Shown in pieces: positions 33,884 to 47,749 of a DNA stretch of 64,000 nucleotides (position 1 is its first letter; every line of letters begins with the position of its first letter). Source of the DNA: Octopus sinensis. Taxonomy: Eukaryota. The stretch covers positions 124,001 through 188,000 of the forward strand of contig NW_021832380.1 of assembly GCF_006345805.1 (NCBI RefSeq), written 5' to 3'. The notes below the pieces were generated by a model that had not been told where the DNA came from, ran no database searches, and worked only from the letters and a program-made list of their open reading frames with translations. A program made the translations under genes and the position numbers.

Positions 33884-36800
33884 TCACAATAGTATCCCGT
33901 AATTCCTTTGATATAAAGATAGCAAAACTGTATATTTTGAGGAATTGAAGATATTTGTCAAATATTTTCTGTTGGTGGCGGATATGTCATTCAGCGTAGT
34001 GGTCATAAAATAAAAATTGACGTGATGGAGAGCCACAGCGAATATGAAAGGATTCTCAGAAGAATCAAGTTGTTTAGCAGCCAAAGCAGTGAGGTAGTGC
34101 ATAATCATGTCTGCATCTATCTCCTTGGGCCACAAATAAGGGGAGATGGACTATTAACATGAGGATTAATGAATACAGGGCAATTCAGTCCACTCACACG
34201 AATAGAGTAGAGACCGGAAGAATATGTGGACCACAACTGCTGGCGATATTTCACGGGAAAGTTTTGTCGACAAGGAGAGAGGACAAGCAGTGTGTGAGAC
34301 AGTTCTGCATAGGACATTGATGAGTAGTTCTGGAGTAGTTGATCATACCTACCAGATCAGAAAAAATTCCAACTGAATGTCGAACATTCTGGAACATTCC
34401 AGAATATCTGTGTTAATTGTCTTGTTGGTGAACAACAATACCAGATCGACCAGCAACTGAGAGATCTTTTCGTTGTAATAAAGAGTGCCTACAAATAACA
34501 AACCCAACTGACTGTTAATGTATATGTTTGAGACACATCGAAACATATTCTCAAATCCAGCAGAACAGACACTCCTCGATTCAATTAAATGTATATAAGT
34601 AAGAACACTCAGTGCGTCCTTCTCACCAGACTCGTCACTACATATATGGGAGATACTACTTTTTTATAGTCGCGAGAGGAGAGTACATCCAGTCAACTGG
34701 CATTAAACGGCCTTTCAAATCACCCACCACCACACCTCTATACAGACCAGCCAGTCTTTCCACACAACAAAATGTATCCTTCAAATTACATTCCGTTCTT
34801 TATTAAGAAAGACTCCCTACTTTATTACTGCTAAACAGTGTGGAGAAAACAACACGTTCTCGAGGATATCCACAAGCATTCCCTTTTGGCCTGCACACAG
34901 TCGTTCGACCAGCAGTCGACTGCAGTCGTAGTACAACAATATGTCCTCATTCGTGCACTAAATATATTATTGAACACTCACATGGTCACTCATTTTTAGT
35001 TTTATGAGCAAATAAACAAGTCTGCATTCATATTTTGCCAACAGACAACACAACCCATCACAGGTGACATGTCCTGACAAGTATGCCCTTACAAACCAAT
35101 CAGATAACTTGGCAACATTCCCCACCATTCCCAATAGACTATCCCTGGCAGTGAGTAGGAACTGCACGAGTTGTGTTACAAATGAAATGGGCGTCGAATC
35201 CCAGTCGGGAGGAGGGTTTTCGTGCTTACAATACTTATTGATGATGATTGGCAAATTCTTTACAGGGCATGTCCTTTCCGACCGTCCAAAAGAGTGCTTC
35301 CTACGATTAGTGACATTATAAACACACCACAATGACTGAAACGTATAAATCAAATTGTCCTTCAGTTGATCACAGTCGGCCAACACCTGACAGAACGAGA
35401 CCGCATATTTCGAAATATTGACTTCTGAAGGACACTTTTGGACGAGATTATTGGCCATGTACAAAACAGGAGTCAGCATTCTGTACAAATCAAGGCAGCA
35501 GGTCTGCAATAGATCTTAGACAGAGAACTATTTGTCGAACACGACTCTGAGCTATAAGTGTGAGGTGGTCGAATTCCACCAAAATGTCTTCCACGGAAAA
35601 CTCCCAAACACAGTAAAAGGAAACTCTGACAAAGACGTCAGAATCGGGAAATAAGGAATACAGCCGACCAACAGAAGACATGTTGGCTAAACATGCACTT
35701 TTAACAAACAGAGAAAGCATCGAGTTGGGAAAGGTCGACAGACAATTCCAGAAACAGACATTCTCGTTCTGCAACTAAAATATCAACGGGACACCAAAAG
35801 AGTCGCAAAGTCTGGACAGTTGAGGCACATGAGAGAAAACAGTTTAAGGATGCGGACAACAAGACGAGGGGACTCCACTGGATGTGATTCAAAACACCCG
35901 AGAAGAGAGTCGATCATGTGGGGACACGTGCAAATCTACCAGACTGAGACAAGGGGACAAACGAGGGCACATGTTTTGGCAGAATTCCTGGAAATACGAA
36001 TTAAAAGATCCACAATCCTCATTCTGAATTCATCCTTCTGCTGAATGGTCTCAAAAAGGGCGTGTGATTTGACTCCAAACAAAAAGGCCAGTCTGGGAAG
36101 GAGAGACATGGCCAACAGTCCCTGGCATAAGCAAACACTCCACCTCGACTACATCCTTCTGGACAAGATCAGTGACCGACTCCCCCTCAACCTGCACATC
36201 AAAGGAGAAGACTAATGAGAGGGAAGAGAGTGCTAGCATGTCCAGAGCCCTCTTGGAGTGACCGAATAAACTCACTTCGTCATCCTCCCTCACCAGCAAT
36301 TGATACATACACTCCACTGCTGCACAAATCATAGACTTTGTCCCCTCATCGAGAAGCCACCGCAGCAGAAAGACAACTCCCGACTGGAGGATTCCCTCGA
36401 CGATGAAAGCAGACTGTTCTCTCCCATACTTCCCCATGTTGAGTGTCTGAATCACACAATCACACAACCTGATCTATAATACTGGTCAGTGTATTCCAAG
36501 CAAGCAGTCTCTGCCCAGAATATGAACTATGAGCAAGCATAACCAATTCCTCCAAACAATATCCGGCCTTCTAACAGGAATGGACTAATCACAACCTCAC
36601 TGCTGTGGTGGTAGAGAGAGGAATCAGCCGACTCGTCTGACATAATATTCCCCCGCAGGTCAAATCTTAGAGTGGCCTCCTCGTTTGATGACTCAGGGCA
36701 ACTCATCCATTCCAGTTTGTCTGCTTCCAAACAATCCATATGCAGCCAATCCCCTCCCATCAACTCAAATACGTGATTTGGGATATTTTTTGACTTTTTT

Positions 36801-37196
36801 GGACTTGCTTTCGTAGATTTTCCATTTTTTACGAATTTTAGAATTTGAGGGTCTACATTTGACTGGACTGTCTACCAATCATGTCCAGAACTCGCTTTTT
36901 TTCGGCCAGTATTTCTGAGGAAGAAAATTGTTCGAGAAAATGGGTATTTTCCAGTCTGATGGCCTCAGCCTCTCGATTTCTGTCCAACACGGAAAGTCCA
37001 CTGCCGTCGATCAGACTTTGATGGCTCTTTTGGACTGCTGGATTGAGGGGGAGTCCACAATCGTGTTTTGATTGGATTCTTTGAGCAAATAGGCTTGCTT
37101 TGCGGTCATTTTTGGCTGCTTTTCTCGGACTGTGTTCCTGGAAATGAATTTATTAAACATCACCACAACACGTTCAGACAACATTTTGTAAGTCAT
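33884..37196 (-). CDS. RPAP1: RNA polymerase II-associated protein 1
   Basis: WLHMDCLEADKLEWM...LRFDLRG...LYHHSSE and GVVFLLRWLLD...MICAAVECMYQLL match RPAP1 conserved regions; many micro-introns. Confidence 0.85.
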
Positions 37197-37290
37197 ATTC
37201 TCAAATTAGTAATATATATGATTATTAATACATATTCAAGTATAATAAATATCGCGTTTAGGACAGTGTGTGTATTTGTGTCTTGTGTGG

Positions 37291-37853
37291 ATGGTGCTTA
37301 TTATGTATTCTAATTATAGGCACCAAGAAGTGGTAAAGTAATTCAGTTTTTGAACTTTCGAATGCGACTGACACTGTCCGATGGTCGCCAACTAGTCGGC
37401 ACAATGAAAGGGTTTGATCGACATATGAACGTGGTCTTGGGGGACTGTGACGAATTCAGAATCATCAAGAACAGGGAAACCAAAGAGGAAAGAGAAGAAA
37501 AGCGTTCTCTTGGCTTTGTCCTTCTCCGAGGGGAGCATTTGATGTTGATGACCGTGGAAGGACGTCCACCCCCCGAGGAGACAGCCATAAGACTCCCTCA
37601 GGCCACCGTCCCCGTCAACCCAGGAATTGCTAAAATGGCTGGGAGAGGTGTCCCTATGACAAACCCGGCTTTACAAACTGCCCCGAGAGGAGTGGGTCTG
37701 CCTGCCCCTTCCATGATGCACCCCTCGGCCATGAGACCCCCCATGATGCCTCCTCCCTTCCAACAGTCTCTGGCCACTCGCCTACCCTTGAATGGACAGT
37801 CCGTCCCCCGACAGATGCCCCCACGCATGCCTCCTGGTCCTCCCGGAATGTAG
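37291..37853 (+). CDS. SNRPB: snRNP core protein SmB/B'
   Basis: Sm1/Sm2 motifs [34 protein letters not shown]...[11 protein letters not shown] and Pro/Met-rich tail; ATG 37291-37293 then 26-nt intron 37294-37319. Confidence 0.95.
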
Positions 37854-37886
37854 TTGTTACTCTTACTTTGTTCTTTTTGATTATTG

Positions 37887-38622
37887 TTAGTTAATGTGAG
37901 TATTAATTAAGGCCAGTAGGGACTGTGGTGAGGGAGTGCTGAGATAGCCAGTTATGGAGATATTCAATTTGTTGAGTTCCTCCTCGGCACTTTCCCCCAC
38001 GGCTACAATTTGGGAGTCCATTTTGTCGGTCAGTAGGCGAGCACACGCTCTCACGCCTGACCCACTGAAGAACACGAGAAATTGGGGTGTTTGGACTGCC
38101 AAATGACGTTCTAAGGCAATGACCCCGTCATCGTCCGGGATAGTCTCATAAACAGCCAGTTGAGTCAATTTAATGCCGGCTTGTCGCAGTTCTCGAGGCA
38201 GGCGAGGGTTGGCAATGTTGCTGTGAGGGTACAGCAGGTGTGCCTCAGGGGGGACTGAGTTGGCGATGGATTGTGGCAGAGCCTGAGGTCCTTCGGCGAC
38301 TACAACATTTTTCAGTTTGAGGACAATTGAAGCTGTTCTTTTGCCTACGCAAAATATTTTCTTATCGACCCAAATGTGAGTTGAGTCGAGGTGGGTCAAA
38401 AATATATGCGCTGCTCGAGGACTAGTCAATATGATTCCTTAGGGATGATTGGCTGGTGATACCGTCAAGTGTGTCGTCCCGGAGGCTCAATGTCATTTCG
38501 GACTCATTTATGTGGACAAATTTAATCACATTGAAGATTTTAGTGCTATACTTCTCTGACAAACACTCGCCGTATGAGTCATTTTCCTCAAAACTTTTAC
38601 AAACCACCACACGAATGGACAT
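37887..38622 (-). CDS. UROS: Uroporphyrinogen-III synthase
   Basis: GIILTSPRAA, FCVGKRTA, LLYPHSN, VYET, LVFFSGSGV, VAVGESA, TPSPQSL; one 25-nt intron 38438-38462. Confidence 0.9.
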
Positions 38623-38724
38623 TATCGTAGTAACCAGCCAATTAATACTTCTCTGATATTACAGACTAATTGTTCTCTTTGACAAAAAGAGTTAATTAAA
38701 CCCAATTAATCAAGAAGAATTGGT

Positions 38725-41202
38725 CTATCGTCTTTTTATGTCCACATCGGGAGTTCTGGCAATTCGTGGTCGAGCTACAAAGACAGCGTCGTAGTTTCTA
38801 AGACTATATTCATGATTAGACAACTTGAACTCAAGTTTTGTATCGATAGTCATCACGGGCAGTACGTTGTTGTCAGCCACTGAAATGAGTCATCAGTTTT
38901 ACCCTCAGGCTGGTCAGACTCCATTTTAGTACGAGAAGGCTGGACTGTTCGTGGGGGAGGCTTCATTGGAGTGGTCGGCCGACTCATGTAAAAATCATTT
39001 CCAGGCTTTGAGGACACGCAGTATTCCTGGTTTAGCAGTGAGTCTCCGCTGAGCATGTTTTGGACATTCAGTATTTCCCCTTCATTCAGGTCTGGTTCCA
39101 TCACATCAGGGTCATCCTGGGGATGTGGGCACAGGGTACCTCGCTGTTATCCGGCTCTTCCTCGTCGTCTGACTTTGCTTGGTAGTCAGAATCGTCTGCA
39201 ATGAGCACAATCAGAACCCTGTAAACGCCTGATTATGTGTTGGATCTGTTTTGCATTCTCAGATGTGCTGTTTCTGATAATTTCCGTGAGATGGGTTTCC
39301 ATGTTCTGGGAATCAGCAGTAGGCCTACCATCGAGTTCCCCACAACCCTGACTCTGGGGTCTGAAAGGAGCGTGTATATCGTCCCGTGGACATATGGTTG
39401 AATCTACACTATATGAAGAGATTACCTCGGGGTTTGGATTGCACAATAATTCCAACAGCAACTTTAAATATTTGCCTGCATTCCCCACGCACCGTTCTCT
39501 CCCTGCTCGGAGAAGACACAAATTCATTAGGAGGGCCACTCCATACTCAAGAGAGTAGTCGGACAGTCTTCGATAGTCCTCTAGTTGTTCCATGATCCAC
39601 TCAATCAAGTTCATTTTTATCATTTCTTTTTGGAATGGACGTCTAACTGTCTTATTCAGTTGGACTGACCGCAGAGTGAGTTTTTGAATTGCCCCTATCA
39701 AATGCTGTCGAGTCACCGTGTCCCCTTCTTCCTCACGCATTGTTGATATCATTGAGACCAGCAAAGTAGGCGAATTAGTCAAATAGTCTCTCCCTACAGA
39801 CTGACCACAGACAACCCACCACGGGCAAGCGAGGCCAACGAGTTAATAAAGCGGGCCATGTACTGGCGAGTTTCTGTACATGTCGACTTGAAGCATCTGA
39901 CAACGTATTTCTGGTAGTCCACCAGTCTTCTGCACCCAATAATGTCATTGTTGATAAAACTGGTCAGAATATCCTTTCGTCGTTGTTTGGTTGCCCTGGT
40001 TAGTTTCTGACGAATAAATGCCACTTTCATACCCATCGGAGAGCCTGCAACACAAGACATGTCTTCATTTCATCACTTTCTGATATTGTCTGTCTGATCT
40101 TGTCAAAGTCAAGTCTGCTCGATTCTCCCTTTTCCCTGAACTACTCACAGTCTGCATGTACTTTGGATCGTTTGGGATTCTCTCACTTGCCCGATTTACT
40201 TGGAAGAACGCTCTACTGGACATGATTCGATTGGTCCCCTCATTTCTGAACATTTTCTTGGCAATGTCGTCCAAATTCTCCGGAGTGAGCTACACACATG
40301 TGAGGACTCCTCAACCACTTTGCCATTGACCGTGTCTTCAAGAACATCGATTAATTGACTGGCAGTGTCGATTAGGTTCCGATAATCAATTTCCACCTCG
40401 TTCAGTTGCTTGACTGCTTTTTCCAGACGTCGTTCGATCAAGTCCCGTTCCCGTTCGACCTTGTCACATGCTTATCAAGTAAACACCTCAATTTTACATT
40501 TGCAAATTGTGTTTTTCTGGCAATAAACGTTATCGGACAGATACCCTTAGATCGAAGAGACGAGGCCGCTCTGTTTTGTAGAATTTATTCATAAACTTTT
40601 CAAGTTTTCCTCTCAAACTAGTCACCCAGTCTTCCGTAAATATGTTTTTGAATGCTCGGTGAGTCCTCGGATTCTTTATACAGACGAGTGCACAATATGG
40701 AAAGAAATCCCTTGACTGACCCAGTTCGGCACCTTCGGCCTCCAAAAAGTCTTTAAATAACTGTAGGCGCTGAGCATTGGCTTCCTCGTCGAACTGGCAA
40801 GTCAGCGAACACAAAAACATTCGCAGGTTCCCTGTGTTCAAACGTTGCAAAGAAAATCTCAACATAAAATCGCATTTTGTTTTTTGTATCCACTGCTGAT
40901 TTGTTTTTCAAACCGGCGAAGGCCACTGCCCATTCCTCCGCGAATGAATCACGGTCACCGTCTTCCAAGAACTGCAGTAACCTCGTCTGCGTCCATATCA
41001 CAGTCCCCAACCTTCACTTCCTGTTTTGTCTTCATGCCGATACTACTTTTTTGAGAAGACCTTTCCTTCTTGAGGGCCTGACGGGTGTTCTCGTAACTCA
41101 TATAGTGCAAGTACTACAAATCGGGGTACCCACAACCTCGTCAACCACGTCGTTTACATCGTGTTCGAAAGTGTGGTCTGACATGGCACTCATCGTCGTC
41201 AT
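38725..41202 (-). CDS. ARMC9: LisH domain-containing protein ARMC9
   Basis: LisH VNDVVDEYLHYMSYENTRQALKKE; GAIQKLTLR...LSDYSLEYGVALLMNLCL; MEPDL...LSGDSLL..EY; after removing intron 38880-38902 the tail contains RPRIARTP. Confidence 0.9.
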
Positions 41203-41413
41203 AGGAATTGCCTTTTTTCAAAATTGGCATTTCATCGAGAAGGAATATATCGGATATATTTACTGCTTGGATTACAGCCGAATGACGCTTGATTTAAATA
41301 GAAGTAATCGTGGAAAACGAGATGCACGACAGAGGAATAGGAGAGTTAGAAACAATATTTAACAAAACCTTCAGCAGCATGAAAGTATAGGAGTGTTCTA
41401 TTGATAGGAAAAC

Positions 41414-42892
41414 ATGTCTTTGTTCGAAGAGTTTATTGCCAAGTCCAACAAACTGAGTTCAATAAGTCTATCTAGTCGTAGGCGTGGCTCTGAAGGCAAT
41501 CCAGCCCATATTGAGTGCCTACGTGACCAGTCTTCAGACCATTGGGAACTTTATGTATTCCCTGACAGGCTGCAAAGACCTGGGCTCGATAATCCTGCAG
41601 ATCACATCTGAATTAGCAAACAGTGTACATGAACTACAAGTCTTGGAAATGTTGGTTAATCTGTTTATGTACAGCACAATGAGTTTGGAATCGGGTAAAA
41701 TGTTCATGGGGATTTTGGACATGTGGAAGGAGGACTACTCGAGTTATAGCAAGGATTACGACCGACAAATCAAAAACAAATTAATCACACTGAAACGTCT
41801 GTCGTATGCAGTGGACAGGATTGTGAAAAATAAAAGTACCCCGATGACTGAAAAGTGCAGAAAAGACACATTCTCGGGCAGAATTGTCCAACGCAATCGA
41901 ATCCCGAAATAACTACTCGAAGGAAATCCTCGCTCTTCAAGAATCCCTGTTGTACGGACTGGTCAAAAAAGTGCGCTACGTTGGCTGCATGTTTGTGAGA
42001 CAGATCAAGCCAACTCTGGTGCCTTAGTCTCACCATCTAGAACTGTGTACTCAACATTTTCGAGCCACACGACCAAATCTTAAACGAAAAAGAAGAATTG
42101 ACCGAACGAAGCGAGGAAATGGAATACATTCCCAGCGACTTGATCGACGTGATTCAAGTCCACAAACAAGAACTGAATGCACTTTCAAACGTAACTGTCT
42201 ATGGGGTTATATCATAGGACTACGAGGTCAATCTGCTGAACAGGGTAGAATGCACATAGTCACTAATCCGGTAGAGAAAGAATAATCCTGATCTGTTGGA
42301 GAAAAGGTATTGCATATATTCATGTTGAAGGAAGTCTGCGTTTAACGGTTTTAGTGCTCTGACTGACTTGTGATAGCATTTCCGACCAGTTCTGACAGAC
42401 AGTTGGGTATTTGACTTATTTTTTATAGATTCCCCAACCTGCGACATCCAGACCACCCACCTCCCAGTAATATTCATCGAATATCATTTAAGATATGCCT
42501 TGGCAACAGTCCATTAAAAAACAAACGGCTCCGTGCTTAAAAGTCGATAACAATTTGCTGAACCCAAAATTCAAGTCATCCGAGATTGACCAAAAGGAGA
42601 TAAACACCTACGAACAAGTCGACTGCCCCTCAGTACATTCAGTCTATTACTCAGAACTATAAACAAAGAGACATAAGGGAACCTAAACGATCCTTCGACC
42701 CTGTGGGCAGACAGAGCCGTCCCCTGTCGAAAATTGAAAACAAAGTGACTTTTGTCCCAAAAAACGACGTCCAGCCAGGTAGTTGAATGTTCTGGCCACC
42801 ACTCAGAGATCAGTTTCGATCAAGAACTGCAAAAAATATTCAAAAAGTTTAATAGGTTGAAATTTGGAATAACAGGATTAGAGATAATCTAG
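41414..42892 (+). CDS. I-BAR/IMD domain protein, MTSS1 (MIM)-like
   Basis: LFEEFIAKSNKL...GCKDLGSIILQI...WKEDYSSYSKDYDRQIKNK parallels the MIM IMD; 25-nt intron after KLS. 3' end approximate. Confidence 0.6.
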
Positions 42893-42946
42893 ATAGTTGA
42901 TATTATGAGTTAATAAAAGCTTTTATTACGTTATTTAAATGACGAT

Positions 42947-43516
42947 ATGGTTGGTTTTGATGATCTGAACTTACTCAACTCATTCTTGGCCAGTCGAAGC
43001 TACATAGATGGGTGAGTTGTAGTCCTGAGTTCGACAGCCACCAAGTCTCCTCCCTAGACTATTCAGTTTTCCACAATCTGGCCCACAATGTGCCCTCCTC
43101 CGACTACCCTCACCTCCTGAGGTGGTACACACACATTGCGGCATTGACACGTCTGCGGAGACTGTCAGTGGACGACACGACCCTCGAGAATATTTCTCCG
43201 GAATACACCAGTAATGTCATGTCCTTATGACAGACGGGAAAACAGAAAAATATTTGATGGTGATCGACATAAGAATGCAGGACTGTGATGCCTCCTTGGT
43301 GGATTCTCACATCAGGAACATTTCACTAGTCGGACTGGAGTGGGGAGAAAGTATCGTCGAGGATCAAATGATCTACAAAATTGCCTGTCTCGTCACCGAC
43401 GCTGTTTCCACGGACGAACTCTTGGAAATGATTCAGTTTAAAGACGAATTGGTTAGTTGGAACATTCCTATCCACAGGTACACTCAGCTCACATTAGCTC
43501 ATTCCAAACATATTAA
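42947..43516 (+). CDS. Elongation factor 1-beta-like, divergent
   Basis: N-terminal LNSFLASRSYIDG...PHLLRWYTHI; C-terminal GEF-like IRNISLVGLEWG...KIACLVTDAVSTDEL...VHSAHISSFQTY*. Confidence 0.8.
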
Positions 43517-43561
43517 CTTATATTTTCTTACATGTGCTTACTAAACAAAACCATCTTAAGT

Positions 43562-46500
43562 CTAAGAATTGTTTGAATGATTGGAAACAATTTCCAAACA
43601 AAGAGAACAAAGGGGAGTAGAACTGTCGACCACAAATCTCCGACATCTGAGACATTTGGATTTGTTTGATGGCTCAAATGATATACACAGACCTAGACTG
43701 CACACCAGCAATATTACCATCAATTTCTATGTAATTATCGCCCTTTGGAGGACACGAGGAAACAGTCACGTCAGAACATTGAAACACCTCCACGAGATCA
43801 GAATATTCACGTCCATCGAGAGGAGTGGTCATGTCCTGAAATATTGCGAGAACACACCAGGAAAGAAAGGTCGTGAACATGGAGAATAAACCGACTGAGG
43901 TCAATCGACTTGTCTTTGAATGATTTATTGAATTGGTGCAGCACATTCACTTTCTGGACGACCTGCTGGTTGGCAGTCGAGTATATATTCAAAGATGGCC
44001 ACTTTTTCTTAAAAAACGAGATTTCTGGAATAATTAGACGAACTACCAGATCTAAAAGGGTGGTGTTCGTAGACTTCCTCAATCAAATGAGGCACAATCG
44101 GCGCCAAAGCAAACATAAACAAATCCAGACAGCAAAGAATGACTGACTGAGCAGACTTCCTGGATGGAGAACTTGAATGGAAGCAATATAGTCTTGGAAA
44201 TACTCAAAATGTCCAACCGATGTTTAATACGAGAGAAGTAGCTGGTGGAGACATACTGTCTGTAGTCCTCCAGAAGTTTGAGGACAAGACTAAACTTGCA
44301 TGAGTCAAAAGCAGCCACAATCTAAGAATAAGGAGTGATGGGAGGACAGAATGGTCAACAGTTTGAATGGAATGGAGAAAGTGATGATCCAATGCACTCC
44401 GAGGACTGGAAAGCCCATCCAAATCGTGGACACATCCCAACATGAATCGAATAAACTTCCTCATCTGAAATGTCCTTTCAAACATATCTCTCAGAATGGA
44501 GGATGAGCATGTCCCGTCAGCTTGGAAGGACGTGGAGGCGACCCACCAGCGGAGAGTGGTCACACCCATGTCCCCCTCAGTGATATACCACGGACTGAGC
44601 ACATTTCCCACTGATTTGGACATTTTGAGTCCCTTCTCGTCCGTAGTGAATCCGTGGACAGCCAGAGACCTGTGTGGGCCACTCAGCAGTACTTGAAGGG
44701 GAGACGGGAGTGGAGACCGACACACATAAGGAGGGAGGACTGAAACCACCCTCTGATTTGGTCGTGTCCTTCCAAATACATGTCTGCCGGCACGTGGGGA
44801 ATAACCGTCAGCCAAGACAGCCCACTGTCCATCCAAATATCCATAATATCAGTCCCCCTTCTCAATTTGCCCACCTCAATCCCTGCCTCTGAACACACAC
44901 GTGGGGGAATAATATCCCCAATCTGAGCAGTCCACCAGACATCACTCCCCTCCTCTCGAATGACCTGTTCAATGTGCCTAATAAGGACTCTTCGGTCATA
45001 AGAAAAGGCCACCTATTCACCACTGGAGTCTCCCCATCGTAGAACACGGGAATGGGCACTCCCCACGACCGTTGTCGGGAAATACACCAAGTGGGACGAC
45101 TTTTGACCAGACTGACCAACTGTCGTAGAAAGACAGGCGGAAACACGTCCAATTGGCTGACCAACTCCTGCAATGTACAGATAACACTACAATAGCTCGT
45201 TCTCTAATACGTTCGCAGTCAAAAAACCACTGTCGGCTGGGTTTAAGAATGACAGGCGTTTTGCTGCGCCAGTCGTAGGGGTAAGAGTGAATGAGGGGAC
45301 ACACACCCACCACATCTCGACCAATGGTCTGGATTACTAGCCTACATCAATTACACTCACTCTCTGCTGTATCATCGAGTATGTTGAGTCCCCCCAGCCC
45401 GGAGTGATCCCTCAGTACTCCTCCTTCATCCACAATATCTTCCTGAAGTGAAAGTGAAGGCCAACCATTTCGAGAGAGTGTTTCAGTCCAATTAAATAAT
45501 CCTCGTGGCCATGGGAGGGGGCACAGTGCATGAGGGCAGTCCCTTCCTCATTCGTCACTTTTTCAGAATTTATAAAACCACGTTCTGTCATTTTAAAAGG
45601 GTGGAGATATCGACAGTTCTCCAATTCATGACCTGTCAATGCCTCCCAAACACAACCCGAAATAATTCGCATCAATCGAAGAGGCATTTGTGTTTGCTGG
45701 GCCACACGGGCGGCCAATGCAGTGGAAATAACATACAAATCCGAACCCGACAAATATAGCCCATATCTGCCATAAATCACAAACACAACTCAAAATCCCG
45801 ATTATAGCATATTGCCTCATTGGCCGGGAGTGTCCAGGCTGTAGTAGTCCACACAAGGGCGAACACAGCCTGGCCATCGAAGGGATGTTTGCTCAGTCTG
45901 AACCTCACAAAGACCGATTGACTAATTTAAGTGGACTACCCAACCTGCTGTGTTTATGGTTGTACTCCAACTCGGCCTCCGCGAGGGCAGTCCTGGTGAC
46001 GGGAGACCAATACACAGGCATCAGTTTCCGGTAGATGAGTCCCCACAATATAGGAATGGACTACTTTCTCATACAGCAGTCCAAAAGCCCTGATCTGGTT
46101 GGCCTGGTATTGAGGATCCATCGTCTTGTAAGGTCTGTCCCAGTCGGCCATTACCCCCCAACGACGAAAAGCCTTTTTTTGTGTCTCAATGGCCTCCTCT
46201 GCAAATAAACGTGCTTTATTCCGTAAATCCACGGAAGATAGGGATTTGTCACTCCAACAGTCGCGGATTCTCCACTCGATGGGGAGACCGTGACAGTCCC
46301 AGCCGGGAATAAAATGTATTCGGAAACCTCTCAGTAATTTATATCGGTTGGTGATATCCTTCAAGATCTGGGAGGAGAAGAAGAGGACCAACTTTGTTCA
46401 GGGCGTGGCCAATGTGGACATCTCCGTTGGCATATGGTGGCCCGTCGTGGAGGATGAAGGTCTCAAGTCCTTCTCTTTTGTGCTGCCAATTGTATAGATT

Positions 46501-46654
46501 GTCCATGTCACAGGTCTAGTGGTTGGGTGGACGGATATACCTTGTGGAGACGTTTTTCTGTGTCGGGGAGACCTCGTTGTGAGAGGGGGAGGGTTGTCTT
46601 GGGCAGATTCATTGTGTTGGCGAATTTGGCCATGTTGGAAAAAGTGGCCCTCAT
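43562..46654 (-). CDS. IARS2: Mitochondrial-type isoleucyl-tRNA synthetase
   Basis: [66 protein letters not shown]-terminal CLRCRR...LCSLC zinc finger. Confidence 0.95.
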
Positions 46655-46741
46655 TTTGCTACACAAAGACACCTACTAATAAAAATAAATATTTTTTTAT
46701 TAAATTAAATTTTAAATTTAAAAAATAATCTTGTTGTACAA

Positions 46742-47749
46742 ATGAATCCTGTGTACACTGACACGACCAAATTAGTCAGCAAAATAATAGTCCATCCTCT
46801 CGTCCTTCTCAACGTGGCTGACCACTACACGAGAATATCCAAGAATACAACAGTAGACCGTGTACTGGGTGTATTGCTGGGGTATCGAGTGGGGACCGAG
46901 TTGGAGATAACCAACAGCTACGGCTGTACTGTTATCCAATCATCCCATAGTGCCATACGACCAGGATGTCGAAGACTCCAGTTTATGGTTCATTGACTCG
47001 ACTTATCTCGAAAAAATGTCCGACATGTTCAAAAAAGTGACAGGTTGGTATGTCCTGTGTGTTATTTTAGCCAAGGAGAGGATTGTGGGGTGGTATCACA
47101 ACGGAAACACTCTCTACCTCAACGACATGGACATCCATCTCCTATTTAAGCAGTTCTGCACTGATCCAGTCCTCTTTTCTATTTATATTAAGGTTCTTGT
47201 GGTCATTCAGTCACTTTCCTCCACGTTTGACTTGCCCACACAGGCCTATCGAATGGTGGGGGAAATGGCCGAGTGGGGAGTCCCCGAAAATACATTTGAG
47301 CGTATTCCCAGCGAGATTGGGGCAGAGGAGGCCGAGGAAGTGGGAGTGGAACACCTTCTCCGGTGAGAGACATTTATTCACTGCCAGGGACGTCGGGAAA
47401 AATGTGTACGGCACTCTTTCGTCGAGAATCACTGGGCAAATTATTGGACTTCGAGCATTGGTTGATCAGCTTGTCAGGATTGGGGACTTTTTGGAACATT
47501 ATTTGGACACGGCCACTCCCGTCCCCAACAAGATTGCTTTCGGCATTCAGGAGATCCTCACTCTTATGCCTCCAGTGGACGAGTTTGTAGAGGTATTGTT
47601 TATTTGTATGGCAGCCTTTTAATGTTAAAATTAACGACCAATTATTGGTGGTGTATATCAATTCTCTCCTTCGTTCTTGCATGTCTCTTCATGATCTCAT
47701 CAATAATAAGATTGAGTGGCAGGAGGCTGAGACTGTCACTTTCGTTTGA
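46742..47749 (+). CDS. PSMD7: 26S proteasome subunit Rpn8
   Basis: IVHPLVLLNVADHY...RVLGVLLG, LWFIDSTYLEKM, IVGWYH, IGAEEAEEVGVEHLLR, HDLINNKI. Confidence 0.95.

Noticed and set aside
38853-38870. Apparent ARMC9 stop after TTTYCP in the ORF track
   Set aside because: Removing the 23-nt intron 38880-38902 extends the frame to the conserved RPRIARTP tail ending at 38725.
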